Source: the human T2T-CHM13v2.0 reference genome, Homo sapiens. Taken from it: 64,000 nucleotides of DNA. Location: NCBI RefSeq assembly GCF_009914755.1, contig NC_060926.1. One strand, written 5' to 3'. Under the pieces are notes generated by a model, which was not told the DNA's origin, did not search any database, and saw only the letters and a list, made by a program, of their open reading frames with translations. A program made the position numbers and the translations under genes. Positions 26,690-39,700 of this stretch are shown in pieces. Each line of letters starts with the position of its first letter. The stretch's first letter is position 1.

Positions 26690-28030
26690 CCCAAATTAAT
26701 ATAGATATAATATACAATCTTATCAAATTCCCAATAGGATCTTCTGGAGGAAGAGAAGAAATATTTAAAGTTCACATAAAAGATTTAGGGTCCTTCAGAT
26801 GATTTCTAAGAATTAAAATATAAATTGGAAAAATTACAAAGGAGTAATACCTAAAGCTTACAATGGAAAAATTAAAAATAACACATTTATATGTAAATAA
26901 GGTTGACCCATGAACAATGTGGATTTGAATTGCAGGGGCCCATTAATATGAGAGGGGTTTTTTTCCCAATAAATACAGGGGTCTCTCTGTATCTGATGTT
27001 TCCACATCTGCAACCAAGAGTGCAGAGGGAAAGAGCAGTATTCACAGAATATGAAACACCTGATATTGATGGCTGACTTCTTGTATCGAAGATTTGCTTT
27101 GGGCTAATGGTGGGACTCAAGTATGTGCAAATTGTGGTATTCACAGCAGCCCTGGAATCAAGCTCCTTTGAATACCAAGAAACAAAAATAATTTCATTAA
27201 AAGTGCCATTCAAAATAAATTGGGGAAAATTTATGTGGTAATTGTCACCAAAATTTAATAAACTTCCTTAAAACTGCATTCCAATCTTAAAAATACTAAA
27301 ACTTAAAAATGTGTAAGCACATTAGTAAGAAATTCTAAGAAAAAAAAAACCACAAATGCCTAATTATAAAAGAAATGCAAGCCTAAGAAAAAAGGAGTTT
27401 CTTATAAAATTCACAAAGTATATAATGTGTTACTTCAGAGAAAATATGAATTGAAATGGGCTTATGCTTTAAATTTTGGTGAGATAATACAACTTGGAAC
27501 AAACTTTCTAGAAAATGATTAGTAATGCATTTCAGCAGCCTTTCAAAATTCTTTTATTTGACCTAGTAATTCTATTTCTAACAATCTCTTCTAAGAAAAA
27601 CAAATCAGAAATCTTAACAAAAAGTCATGCTTATGCAGCGTGGGTTTATTTATCATGACAAAATGTGGAAACAACTAAATTGTGGAAAAATAGGAAGACA
27701 CTTCAATTTATTAAAGTAAATCTCTATAACAAAATGTTAGGAAGTCATTAAACAGATGCTTTCAAAGAATAATGCCATGGAAAAGCCTTCATGATATGTT
27801 AAAAAAAATAATAAGATACGATATTGTATATTTAATTTGACCTATGTATGACCTATATATATATATACAAACACATATATATGTATATAAACATAACATA
27901 TGTATTAAAGAGTCTGAAGGAAAATACATTAAATACTAAGAGGGATATTTTGAGTACTATGATTAGAAGTGTTTTTAGTTTTTATACATTTCTGGTTTTG
28001 CATATTTTAAGTCTTCGAGTATGCATTTAT
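26690..28030 (+). mobile_element. L1ME-type ORF2 end and 3' UTR relic
   Basis: Contains atacaatcttatcaaattcccaatagga, tttgacctagtaattctatttcta and tggaaacaactaaattg. Confidence 0.7.
26899..27190. mobile_element. MER2B-like Tigger MITE nested in L1ME
   Basis: gttgacccatgaacaatgtggatttgaattgc...cagtattcacagaatatgaaacacc...gggactcaagtatgtgcaaattgtggtat...cctggaatcaa. Confidence 0.8.
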
Positions 28031-29756
28031 ATTCAGAAATAGTTTGCTTTAATATATTTTCCTAAGAAAAGTAACAGCAATATCTAAACAAAACAGCAAT
28101 ATCATTGAAAACGTATAGAAAAATATCATCCTTTCACTTAATTGTTTTAAAGGCTTCATCTAAAGGAATAACTTAATTAAAATTCCAGACCTTAGACGGC
28201 AGGTTTAGGGAATTAGTTTGTCATCCAAAGAGGCTTCTTAAGGCTCCCAGAATCACACTACATGGCAATTGACAGTACTGCCGATATAAGTTTTAAGGTC
28301 AGGTCAGGATACGGTTACTGAAGTCTCACTTACGGACAATGTGGGGAAATGCAGTTCACCAATACACAGGCATTTACCCAAGTTTCTCAAATGTAGTGGC
28401 AGTTTTAGAACACAGCAATGATAATGGGCTAGGTGGAGGAGACTCAATTTACTCATTTTTTTGAGCCTGCAAATTTTGGAAAAGAATGACATGGGGAAAG
28501 AAAGGGATGAACAGAAGATGGAAAAAGAAAAGAGAGCAATCTTAGAGCAGCAAGCACCTTGAATTGTAGTCTTGAAGGCAGCACAGAAGAATTGAGATAG
28601 CTGGGGGAATTGTATTGTGTATCTGAAGTACACCAGCTCTGTTTCATAGGCCTTGTGCCATCACATCATCTGGGTTACATTACAAAAACACTCTACTCCT
28701 CACATAGCATAAGTCTCTGGTAATTTTGGTGCAGGAAGGATGAGTAATTTTTACTATATTTAATTATCATAGTGGTAAGTGTTCTCTGAAAGCCTTGATG
28801 TAGCTGAAGCCTCTGTGGTAATTTACCAAGAAGTCTTTGGAGTCCGCTTAGAATCTTGCCATCCTGGGCCCTTCGATGACCCTGACTTTTTGTGATTTTG
28901 CTTAAGATATCCTATCAGGTATCTGCCTGATGTCATGGGAGCATAAAGGCATGTGTTGATGGCAAGAAGACCATGGAGTCTTATTCTCTGATAATGTTTA
29001 TTCCACATCTGTGATTTGTGTCCTACAAGGCTCTTGGGACTTAAACCACATGTGCTATATTTGCATTAATGGGAATTTAAGAAGGAGAGGCCATAACACT
29101 ATTAAAATGTTTAGCTTTCGCTCCCATCACACAGACACATGCTAGTAACTACTCCCAGATCTTGTATCATGGTGCTGCAGGATGCAACGTGGAGTGCACT
29201 CATTGTTTCAATACAAGGGACTTGAAAACAAATAGCTGCCATCTCTGTCTCTGATAGTTTGCCAGGCTTTTAACTTCTTTGGTTTTTCCCTCTCCAGATC
29301 ATGGTGAGGTATCTCAGATGTATTCCAAACAGCACATTGCCCCATCTTTGTTTCTTCTTTTATAAAGGAACTCTTGCTTTAAGGTATATTTAGAAAACCT
29401 AGAGTCTAAGCCAAATTCTGAAGAACCACATGATAATTCTACTTTCAAATGGCAGGAAAGGACTTAGTGCAGAATCACCCACACAGGGTTATTGATCACC
29501 CAGGCCTAATAGTCACAAACGTGACAAATATGCTGGAAGTTTTTCCTAGGTTTAAATATCCAACTGTTAAATTACATATGAAGATATTTTGAAGGATCTT
29601 ATAAACAGAGAGGCAGGGAGGGTGCAGGGTGGGAAGAGAAAAGAAGGGGAAGGGAAGGAGGGACAAAGGGACTGGGAGAGAAAGAGGGAGGAAAAGAGAA
29701 AGAGAGCACATCAAGGAACAGGGCATGAAGATCACATCTTCATTACTCCCTAGGCC

Positions 29757-30178
29757 AGAGTTTTTCAAATTGCAAATTCTGTGATCCTTTAGTGGGTCAC
29801 AGAATCAATTTAGTGAGTTGGGACCAGCATTTTTAAATGAAATCAATTAAAGAAAAAAAGAAACCAGGATAGAAGATATATTACATCACATATAGTAAAG
29901 GGAGGTATTATTCAATAAAACTTTTGTTTCAATTATATGATATATATACATATATAAATGAACATATGCACATGGTGTATATATATATATATATGTGTGT
30001 TTCATTATTATACATTGAATAATAGATGAATTTATGTGTAGAAAGATACCTAGATGACAGAAAGAGAGAGAGTGTGAGAGAAAGAGAAAGGGGGGGAGAG
30101 AGAGCAAGAAAGAGGTACTGATTGGCAATGATTACTTCTTAACATGTTTCATGAACAAAAATGTTTGAAAGCCATCAC
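29757..30178. mobile_element. hAT-Charlie-type MITE with internal simple-repeat expansion
   Basis: Ends cagagtttttcaaa and tttgaaagccatc are imperfect inverted repeats; internal tagtgggtcacagaatcaatttagtgagttgggaccagcat. Confidence 0.7.
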
Positions 30179-31914
30179 CAGATTATACCTCCAGGACAGT
30201 GGCTTCTTTAAATTTGGAATACGTTCTTCCCTTAGTGCCTCCTCCACCTGCATTCAGGTAAATTAACAAGCTGCATATAAGTCTCATCTAATTAAGCCAC
30301 AAACTTTTAAAGAAAATGTTGTGGATGAAACTCAGTGAAATATGAATCCAATGCTGTGAGCCTCAAGGGTAGCAGATTACAAACCCAATACTGGTTCTCA
30401 TGATAGAAAAATGTCCTCCTTAATGTCCTACTCCCCAGGATACTAGAGAATGATAAATGGCACAATAGTTGATAGTAAGCCTCAGAAATTGAGGGAGAAA
30501 CTTACTATACTGATGATCTTTAGATATCATTTATTCAGGGATTGGGATTATTGCTTGAGATCATGAAAAAACAAGTTAATGGCAATGGAACCATCTTGAT
30601 GAAGCAGGCAAAAAACTATAGTTGGGACAACTACTATGGAAAAGTTTGAGCTGATAATATTGGAAGGAAGTGTGTCTTCTGGACAGAATACAGAACCCAA
30701 AAAGTAAGATAACAAAATTCAGTTCAGGCTGTTAGGGTGTGAGTTCCAACCAGAAATAACAAGGATATTTTAAAGACCATTGGATGATTGCTGAATACAC
30801 TGACATGACTCATTTTCAGATATTCTTATAACTATGGTGCCTTGAACGCAAGTATGGATTATTTCTTGATTACATGTGTAACAATTCAGATGGGTGAGGC
30901 AGATGGAAGGTGGATTTAAAGAACTCAGTGAGGTGCAATGAGGATCAGGGAGATGCTCTGCAGAGCCCCAGTTCCTAAAAGGGGGCCTGGCAAAAGGACA
31001 CTACCAGCCGAGAGAGTCTGGTATGTGAGATAAACCACCAGAATAGGGAACCACAAGCCGGAAGCAAGAAGAGGATACAGCTACAGAAATGAGCTTTGGC
31101 AAAGACAGGATATCCAAGACGGTGCATTCTCAACTCTCAAGGCCTGAGATCACGTCAAGTCACTTTGGGTTATAGCAAAGGTCTTTATTCAAATACCAAG
31201 CATCTCAAGGTGGAGCATCTAACATTGAAAGCAGAGAAGCATCTGTTGAGTTGTGTAAAAGAGGAAAAGATCAGGAACCAGAAAGAGCTGGAGAAACCCC
31301 AGGGGCCCATGGAAGAGGCATTCTTCTTACCAAGATGGTGTATCATCTTTTCAGATAGATGCATTGATACAACCTTAGAAGGCAGTGGTATGTTGACAGT
31401 TATGGAAGTTGCAATATAGAGCCAGCTTTAAGAGGATGTCTTCCCCACTGTGACACTGTGGAATAGCTCACTAATACAGGTTCTCAGTGACTAATCATTG
31501 CTTTCCTCTTTACTAGTATACCAAATAAAATCTGTTTTCTACATTTCAAAGCCTTTCATTATGTGGATACCAAAACCCTTTAGTATTAACCTAAGCCAAT
31601 TGAGCTATCATTCATTCTATACCCCTTTATTGAGAGCTGGTGCTATTCCAGATACTTGGCTGAATGCAGGGACATGTGGTTTTGTGGTCAGGGAGCTTAA
31701 TGTGTAGAAAGGTCAAGACACTGGATGTGTACAGTAGTGAGATGCACACCATTATGAAGTTAGTACAAACTGCTGGAGGGATACCTCTTTTTTGACCTCT
31801 AGATGTTATAAAGGACTTTCCGGAATAGGCAGTGTCTGAGTAGTTTCCTGAATGAAGAGGTGGAGTTTGCAAAGTCCAGGAGACAATCAATGAATCAGTC
31901 AATAAGTGAAATCA

Positions 31915-32112
31915 AATAATAACATAATATTTTAAGTGCTAAGTATGTACCAGGTATTATGTTAAGTTCTTCTCCTGGATTGTATTTTATGTAGCCCTTA
32001 TAATGGTCCTATGATGTAGGTATTATTGTTTTTCTCAGGTTATAGGTGAGAATATAGAAACGCAAAAATTTTAAATAAATTGTTCAAAGTTATGCAGTTA
32101 ATAAGTAGAGGA
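31915..32112 (-). mobile_element. MIR
   Basis: aataataacataatattttaagtgctaagtatgtaccagg...cctatgatgtaggtattatt. Confidence 0.75.
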
Positions 32113-32739
32113 ATTGAAAAGGTTAGAGACAGAGAAATTATGAAATGTTTTGCAACATACATTAAATAATTGAGGTTTTATCCTTGGGATAAAAGGAATC
32201 CATTCAGTGGCTTTTAAGTGGCATGTGACAGATATGGATTTAGGTAGATCATCTTTCTATGGTCTAGAGCAGCAGACTCCAATACAGCATAATTTTCAAA
32301 TCACTCGTGGAGCTCTGTAAACAGACAGACTACTAGGCCCTATCTCCAGGGTCTGATTCTTTTAGGTCCTAGTGAATGTGAGAATCAGACTTACAAAGAT
32401 CTCCAAGGACAAAGTTGATGTCAGTCAACTTAGGAGTTTACTGATGAGTGGATGTAAAGAATGGATTGTAACTATACCATCTGTCATTAAGGAGGTCAGA
32501 CCAGAAGTCACATTGGTCCGAATTGTAATAGAGTTACACATTAGGGATCTATTAGTTTTACAAATCTAATTTTTTTAAAAAAAATGAGAAATGGTAATAT
32601 AATTCTGGAGCGTGTCTGTAAGGGAGAAGAATCATGTCTTACAGGAAAATGTTTGGTAACACCACCATTTAAGGGATGAGTGAAGGGAAAAGATTCCACA
32701 GAGAGGGCGTAGGGACAGCTTCTTCATGTCCTTTAGAGA

Positions 32740-33110
32740 TGCTGTATACTTTCCTTCCTCTGAATCTTTGTACAAGCTTTTCCTTTCACCTGTGTTGTCC
32801 TCTTACCCTGCCTTTTCTTCTACTAAATCTCATCCATCCTTTTAGGATCCTTCTCCAACATTCATCCCTGGGTCCTCCATTATACCCTCAAGGAAAGTTT
32901 GATTTCTTTCATTGAAAACCATTATGTGTCCCATCTTGAATCCTTATGTAATTGTTGTTTCTAATGTTTTCACATGCTGGTCTTTTCTCACACCAGATTA
33001 GAAGCTTCTTAAGAGGAAGGGTCACTGCTAACTTTTTTGTATACCTCACAGTTCTTAGAATTGGACCAATGACAGGTATTCACTAGGCACCTAAATGGTT
33101 ATTAAATGAC
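32740..33110 (+). mobile_element. L2 3' fragment
   Basis: ccagattagaagcttcttaagaggaaggg...tttgtatacctcacagttcttagaa. Confidence 0.65.
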
Positions 33111-33129
33111 TCTCAGTGTTGTGTGTGTT

Positions 33130-33260
33130 GGCTAGTGATCCATATGTCCCAGAGACACAAAATAGGCCTGGTTTATACCAGTTGTCCTGGTGTGTTATTA
33201 ACAGTGCCTTTTGCCTTCAGCATTATCATAGTTTCAACAATAAATTATATAGTCACCCTA
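33130..33260. mobile_element. MER94-like hAT-Blackjack MITE
   Basis: gtgatccatatgtccc...gtttataccagttgtcctggtgtgttattaacagtgcc...aataaattatatagtcacccta. Confidence 0.8.
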
Positions 33261-33554
33261 CTGATAGTGCTACCAATACATTTTTTAAAAGTCTAGCATC
33301 TTTAAGTGGTAACATTTCAATACAAATGTCATTTTGTTTTGGGGAGTAAGGAGTGTTAAGATATTTTTGCACACATTTGGCATGGAGTGATATGTCATTC
33401 CAGATGTCTCCTTATTAGGTGGGTGGCCTGTTGCTCAATTGACAGATGTCATTGTCTATTATAGAGTCACAGGTGGTTTATTTTAATAAAAATACCATTA
33501 AATTATCTCTATTTTTCTGTTGTGCTCTCTTTATATATAGAGAGAAATAGAACA

Positions 33555-33720
33555 CATATGTACACATGTACTATATTACATATTATATATAACTTTATAG
33601 TATGTATGTACATATATGATACGTATCACTACATCATATGTCACTATATGTGATATACCTATATATCATATATAGTGATATATATATGAACATATTACAT
33701 GTACATATGTACTATATGTT
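33555..33720. repeat. TA/CA-rich low-complexity tract with internal quasi-palindrome
   Basis: tcactatatgtgatata...tatatcatatatagtga. Confidence 0.75.
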
Positions 33721-36139
33721 TTGTAAACCACTAACTATAGTTTTAGAAATGTCAGATGCTTTTTCATGTTTGGTTTAAAGATAACCCTTTTGAGTAAACA
33801 GTTAGGAATGTTCTCCAAACAGCAGAATTACAATTTTTCCACATTCTCAGAAGAAAATTTTCAACATTTTCAATTTATTTAAGCCTCTCATTCATGGAAA
33901 AAGAAGCATTACTACTCATTCATGAACATCTTAATTACATAGATAGTTAGTTTATCATTCCTAATGAATGATCATGCTCTTTCATGGAGAGCAAAATCTA
34001 GATTGTCAAGCTCTTGGTTAAACACAATTTCAAAATTATGAGACACCAAAAGTAAGTTTGTAGTATTACACTTACTTCTTGAATTATGCAGTTTGGATTC
34101 TATAAAAAAGAATTCACTGGTTAATTTCCAAATCTCCACCTAATATTTGTTCCTCTCCCCAAAGTATATAACTTGACAGCAGAGAAGGAAATAGATACCG
34201 TTCTTTCTTGTGAGCCACACACTCTGCAAGGGCCATTCCGAGTTCTGCTATTTCCCAGGACAGAGTATCAGGAATCATGTGGGAATAGTTCATATGTGTG
34301 TGTGCCTGGGCTAATCTGTGTTTACTAGTGTAGTACAGAGGGGCACTGTTTATGTCTGAGAAAATAGTTATAAATCACACTTCTTCTGATCACAAATACT
34401 CATTTATCTTTAGACTATATCACCACCTGAGTTATTTTTATGTAAATATTGCACCTCTTAAATATAATGATGATAATAGAGGCTGTGAATCCTTAGATTT
34501 GCTCAAGTGTTCCCTTTTTCAATAACTGAAAATATTTAAATCCCAGAAGCTTTAGCATCCTAAGAGAAGTAGCAGACAGATGTGTCAATAGAGTGAGACC
34601 TACCGAAGTTGTGAGTAATGAATAAGTCAGAGTCATGGGCTTCTGTAAGGGAACTGCGGTGCATTTCCTAGGTTGGTATGTTCTGGCTATGCTGCGAACC
34701 GTAGCCCAGAAATGACTGACTCAGAGAGAGTCCTCAGCTGCTTTGCTCCTTTCAGCTCTCTCATCACATAGAAAGGTCTCTTTGGCAAAGTGTCGGAAAC
34801 AACACAAGGTGGGCAAGCATCTGCAGATTTCCTCACTCAGTCAGAAGACCAGCTAGAGTCATCCAGCTTCTGGAAATCAGTAAAGAGACCAACTTTGGGT
34901 AACGAGTCCCCAAGATCACAGAGAATCTATGTTGTGGTGGCATCACCATTCCTTATTTGTTGGCATCCTTGTCTGGAAACTGCCTCATTTGGCTATAATT
35001 TAACTTGAAGATTAAAGCACAGATTTTCATATGTATCTTCTGTTCTCTGAATGTAAAATTATGAAATACACCTACATTCACTTCTAAGTGGCAGTATTGT
35101 AATTGAGCAGATTTTTGTTTTTCACTGAAACCTGGAGTTGAATTGTCTTGAGCCGGAAGGCATTCAAGTTGCTGTTTTTTACTTAGCTATATTTCTCTAT
35201 AAGCATCTAATTGTTTCAAAAAGTGAGGTAAAAGTATGTGAAAACCTGAATCTAATGCAAATAAGTCTGTACAGCACTAAAGCTAACAGGTGTTCTCATT
35301 AATGTAAGCAGACATGGAACAATTCTTGAATGTTTTATAAACACTCATAATCATGGCCAAATATGTTACAATAGCATAAAGATACATACTGTAACATCTT
35401 TTATTCTTGTTGTACACTCTCAGTACTTATTAATAGGAGACTAGTGGCAACAATACCTACTTCTGCTTAAGTCACTGTATCATAAAGTTAGCTAATACTT
35501 CTAAATAAAATTAACAACATAACTACTACCTCCTCCCACAGTTTGCTTATTTATTAATATTAACAGTGTTCTTGTAAAATTGCTACAATGCTGATGGACA
35601 GCAATGAGCATCTTTGCATCACTGAGTTTCTCTAAAGACTTGACCCATTAACCTAAGTATTAGCTCTTTAAAATTTTGAACTTATGTTCCAGTTCCCATA
35701 CTGTCAACTCCCAATTACCAAAGCCTATATTTAGGGTGAGATTCTTAGATGATCTAGTATAGATGATCCCTGTAAAATACTTGGGTGGCTTTGGAATATA
35801 ATCAAGAACGTTCTATTTTAGGGATATGCATTGAAATATGACTCTTGTGCTTTCCAGCCCTTCCAAGTTTAATCCTATTGTCTGATGTCTAGGACTTGCT
35901 GACTGCTGGGAAAATATAGCCTTCAGACTGCCATTATCAATCTTCAAAATAGTTTGCCTACTCTACTCTTATGAAGTGTTTTCAGTAGACGTCAGTATTA
36001 CATTACTTATATTACCTGAAAGAATGCAATTGTATTGCAGCCTTCAAAATTTTATGACAATAGAGAATGAGTTAAATATATTATGGCATATCAAACAATG
36101 CAATATAATGCATTCACCAAAATGAATAAAGTAGATAAG

Positions 36140-36770
36140 GTTTGTCTATTGATTATTTTCTTAGTGTTCCTTATGTGTCTGTTGTTCAGCCATGCATGTA
36201 GACAATTGTCATTGGCCTCAGGATTATTATAGCATAGTGGGGGGAATGGAAAGACCAACAAGGCATTGCAACATAAACCAGTTTGTGCTAAGAAAAAGGA
36301 GAAGCAGGATGTTATGAGCGCACTTGGGGGAATATCTATTTCAAAGAAGCCTTTACTGAAAAGGTGACATCTCAAATGATTTGAATGATATGACAGAGGA
36401 TGTCAAAGGGGTCTAGGCAGCAGGAACAACCTGCTCTAAAGTATGGGACAGCTGGGGAACCAAAAAAATCAGTATGGCTGGATTGTGGAAATGCAGAGGA
36501 AAATGTGGAGCAGCGGAAGTGCAGAGTGGGTCAGTGCCAGAGCACACAGGGGCTGGCATGCCAAATTAAAGAGTTTGCACTGCACTGCAACAGCTGTGGG
36601 GAGCCTCAGAATGATATCAAGCAGAAGAATGGGATGATCATATCCAAGTTTCAGAGGGATCACTTTGGCTGCAATATATAGTATGGACTTGAAGGAAAAA
36701 CATGGATGAGACAGTGAGGAAAGCAAAGGATATTATGACTAAATTCTCATGAGAGATGATGGTAGTATAT
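36140..36770 (-). mobile_element. L2 fragment
   Basis: aaggtgacatct...gagtttgcact...ggggagcctcagaatgatatcaagcagaagaatgggatgatcat...ggatcactttggctgc. Confidence 0.75.
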
Positions 36771-39700
36771 ATAGTAAAAGGCACAAAAATTTTCATAATA
36801 ATATACATGATATTTTCATTAAACTGTAAACATACATAATGTTTCCTCGTGGGTCAAAAAGGTATGTAGAAAGAGACAACAAGTCAGTGTATCTTGAAGG
36901 AAGGGAGATTCTATGTTTGTTAATTTGAATTTATTAAAACTTTTAAAATTGAGCATTACCTACATAAGGACAGTAATAATAAAAATAATACCAATTTGAA
37001 AACAATGGGGGCAGCAGATTCCCAAGTGTCATGTGACTGTGACTAAATGAGTAATTGAACACAGTGAATATAGCTCAGGCAAGAAGGTGATCTGTGGTTG
37101 GCAGGGAGTGACTGGTGACAAATCCCAGGATGATTCATTTATCTACAGACAAGTACACCCCCCCAGTTTAAAAATTAAGAGCAATAAAAGTCTAAGTTGA
37201 TATCTTTATACACCAACTGCTTTGATTAGTCTCTTTTTGAGTCGTTTTTCATATGAGCACCACAGGCAAAAGTTTCGGTGTGGCTGCTGCAAAACTGTGG
37301 AAATTGCTAAACTATCTACTAATTACTTGGATAGTATTCTTTCATGAATATTGAGAAGACTGTTTCTCAGTACTTAAAATATTTTAACACAATAAAAAGA
37401 ATGAACATGAGGGTTTTTTTTTTTTTTTTGCTTGTTTGAAATAAATTTTGGGTTTAGATATTTGTTAATAAACAGAAAGTTAGAGTGGGCAAGTAATATG
37501 GGGTGTGAATGTTCACTACAGGGACAATTTTATTATGCAGAACAAATCTCTGTTGTACGAATGCATGGACAAAATTATTTGGGTGTCAAAGTACAGCTCA
37601 ATTTCACTTAAAAAGCATTGTTTCTTGAAAGGTTGGCCTTAAACCTTAGATTTTGGAATGTACTGGAGGTCTGTCATGTACGTAACCCGACATTGTTTAC
37701 TTTCCATTAAATAAGAAATTGCTTACATGGGCAGGTTATTTTGATATGATGACACCACTGAGGGTTCCAATAAATGTACATGCAAATCAATCAACCCCAA
37801 ACACATTGAAAACATATCCAATAAGCGTCTGGAAACTAATGTACGCACATTTGTTAACATAGGGGGAGTTGTGGAAATGCTGAGATCCATTGGTGGCCTG
37901 GCTTATTTAGTAGCATGTGGATTTAGGAACATTTCACGGAGTCAGAAGAAACAGAGTAATTATAACATAAGGTTCAACATCTTTAGATATGTAGAACATT
38001 TTCCGTTGCTTAAAACAAATATTCCCTAAGAAAGTATAAAACATTTTTCTGACTTGCAAAGTTTTTGCAGTCTATCATTTAAATTACTTAAATAAAGGGA
38101 GCTTTACTGCTCCCCAAAGCTGAGAATATAACACCCTCCATGCATATTAGCTTGATCTTCTTGACAGACCAGAAAAGTGTTTGTGTGTGCCAATTAAAAC
38201 AAAAATGGATCCCTAGTGGCTTGTTCCTCATACAACTTTTGAAGACTGCTATCATTGTTTGCTAGGGTAACCCTGGATAAGGCTGCTATCCAAAGTAAAC
38301 AAACTTTTCAAAACTTTCATGACAGATGGGGATTACAAATGCATTTTAATAAGAGAGTTGCCAAAGTAACTTTTTTTTTTTTTTTTGTAATCAGCATATA
38401 TTTACTTAACATCTAGCAACATTGGGAACACAAGGCAGATACTTTCTCACAAAATGCTTTAACAAGTAACATTTTTGGAAAGGCAAATTGAAGACCTTTT
38501 ACATCTAACTGATATTTTACCCTTAGTTTTATTTTAACTTTGCTCAACATGTTAAGAGAAATGTTAGGAATTACTCAAACCAGACTGTAATTTGAGACAG
38601 ACATTCAGCCTGATAGTGTAATTTCTTTGGTGGTCATAAACACCTTTGAGACCAAGTAATTTAGCTATTAGTATAACCATGACAACCTTCATTTGATCAG
38701 CTATATGTGGAGTGATGCAAGATGAAAAAAATGTGAATCTGTGTGGGTTTTGTAAGCATTATTACTTCGATTTTAGGTCTTGATATCTCCCTATCATGTG
38801 TATATTTTCTGCTGGGAGTACTGAATACAGATATGGACAAAATTACTATCACAAAAATAATTCATATTCACTTCAAATAAAGTTAGTGTATGTTGATATA
38901 ACTTTTTATTTTTACTTAATTTAACTCAAATATAAAAATTATATCATGAAGTCCAAAGTCTCTCTAAACATAATAGCAATTAAATTCCATTCCTCTTATT
39001 TATGTCTCTCTAGAACCACTGTAGCCATATTATTTAACATGTTTTAGGGCTCTTTGGATATTTGGCATATTTTATTATGCATTTCCTGCATACTATTTCA
39101 GTTTCACTAAAATGGAATAATCCCTCCTTAGGTTCTAATCAAAATGCGAAAGGTATTTGTTCAAGTGTAGGATTGCTTTAGTCCTTTCTAGGATTTGAAG
39201 GAGTTGTAGATAACCCAATTCAGTCTTAGATATATTTTTTCATAGCAAGAGAGTGCTTGTTTTTGGAAAGAAAAATCAGAGTTAGGATTTTGCATGATCT
39301 TTTAAAATCGGGCTATCTTTAGCCTAACTGCAAGGAAAGAAGCAACTTTGTCTAAAGTTGCTATTCCAAATTTCATAACTGAAACCAAATTATCACGGCC
39401 CTTTTCCTGTTCAAACACACAGTCCTTGACTGTATACAACTGTTTGCTGAGAACTAGTGAACTAGAAATCAAGATCTTTGTAATCTCTTAATTCTATCAT
39501 TTAAAATGATGCCAATTTGATAGAATGGCATTCTCATTTTCCTCATTTGCTTCATTTTCTTCATTTGCAAAATTACTTTATGATAGTGGAGGAAAGCTGC
39601 ATTTGGAGAATGTTTATTATGTGCTTTGAGATCATTAAAGCTGATATCACTTTGCATACCAAGTGGTGGTATTCATATCCTTAATATACTGAAGTTCTGA

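Noticed and set aside
28470-28600. Purine-rich stretch translating as a coiled-coil-like peptide (EKNDMGKERDEQKMEKEKRAILEQQ)
   Set aside because: Interrupted by stops, no convincing splice sites, and explained by base composition.
30950-31550. Possible ancient LTR
   Set aside because: LTR-like composition and an AATAAA, but I could not recognise termini or a family.
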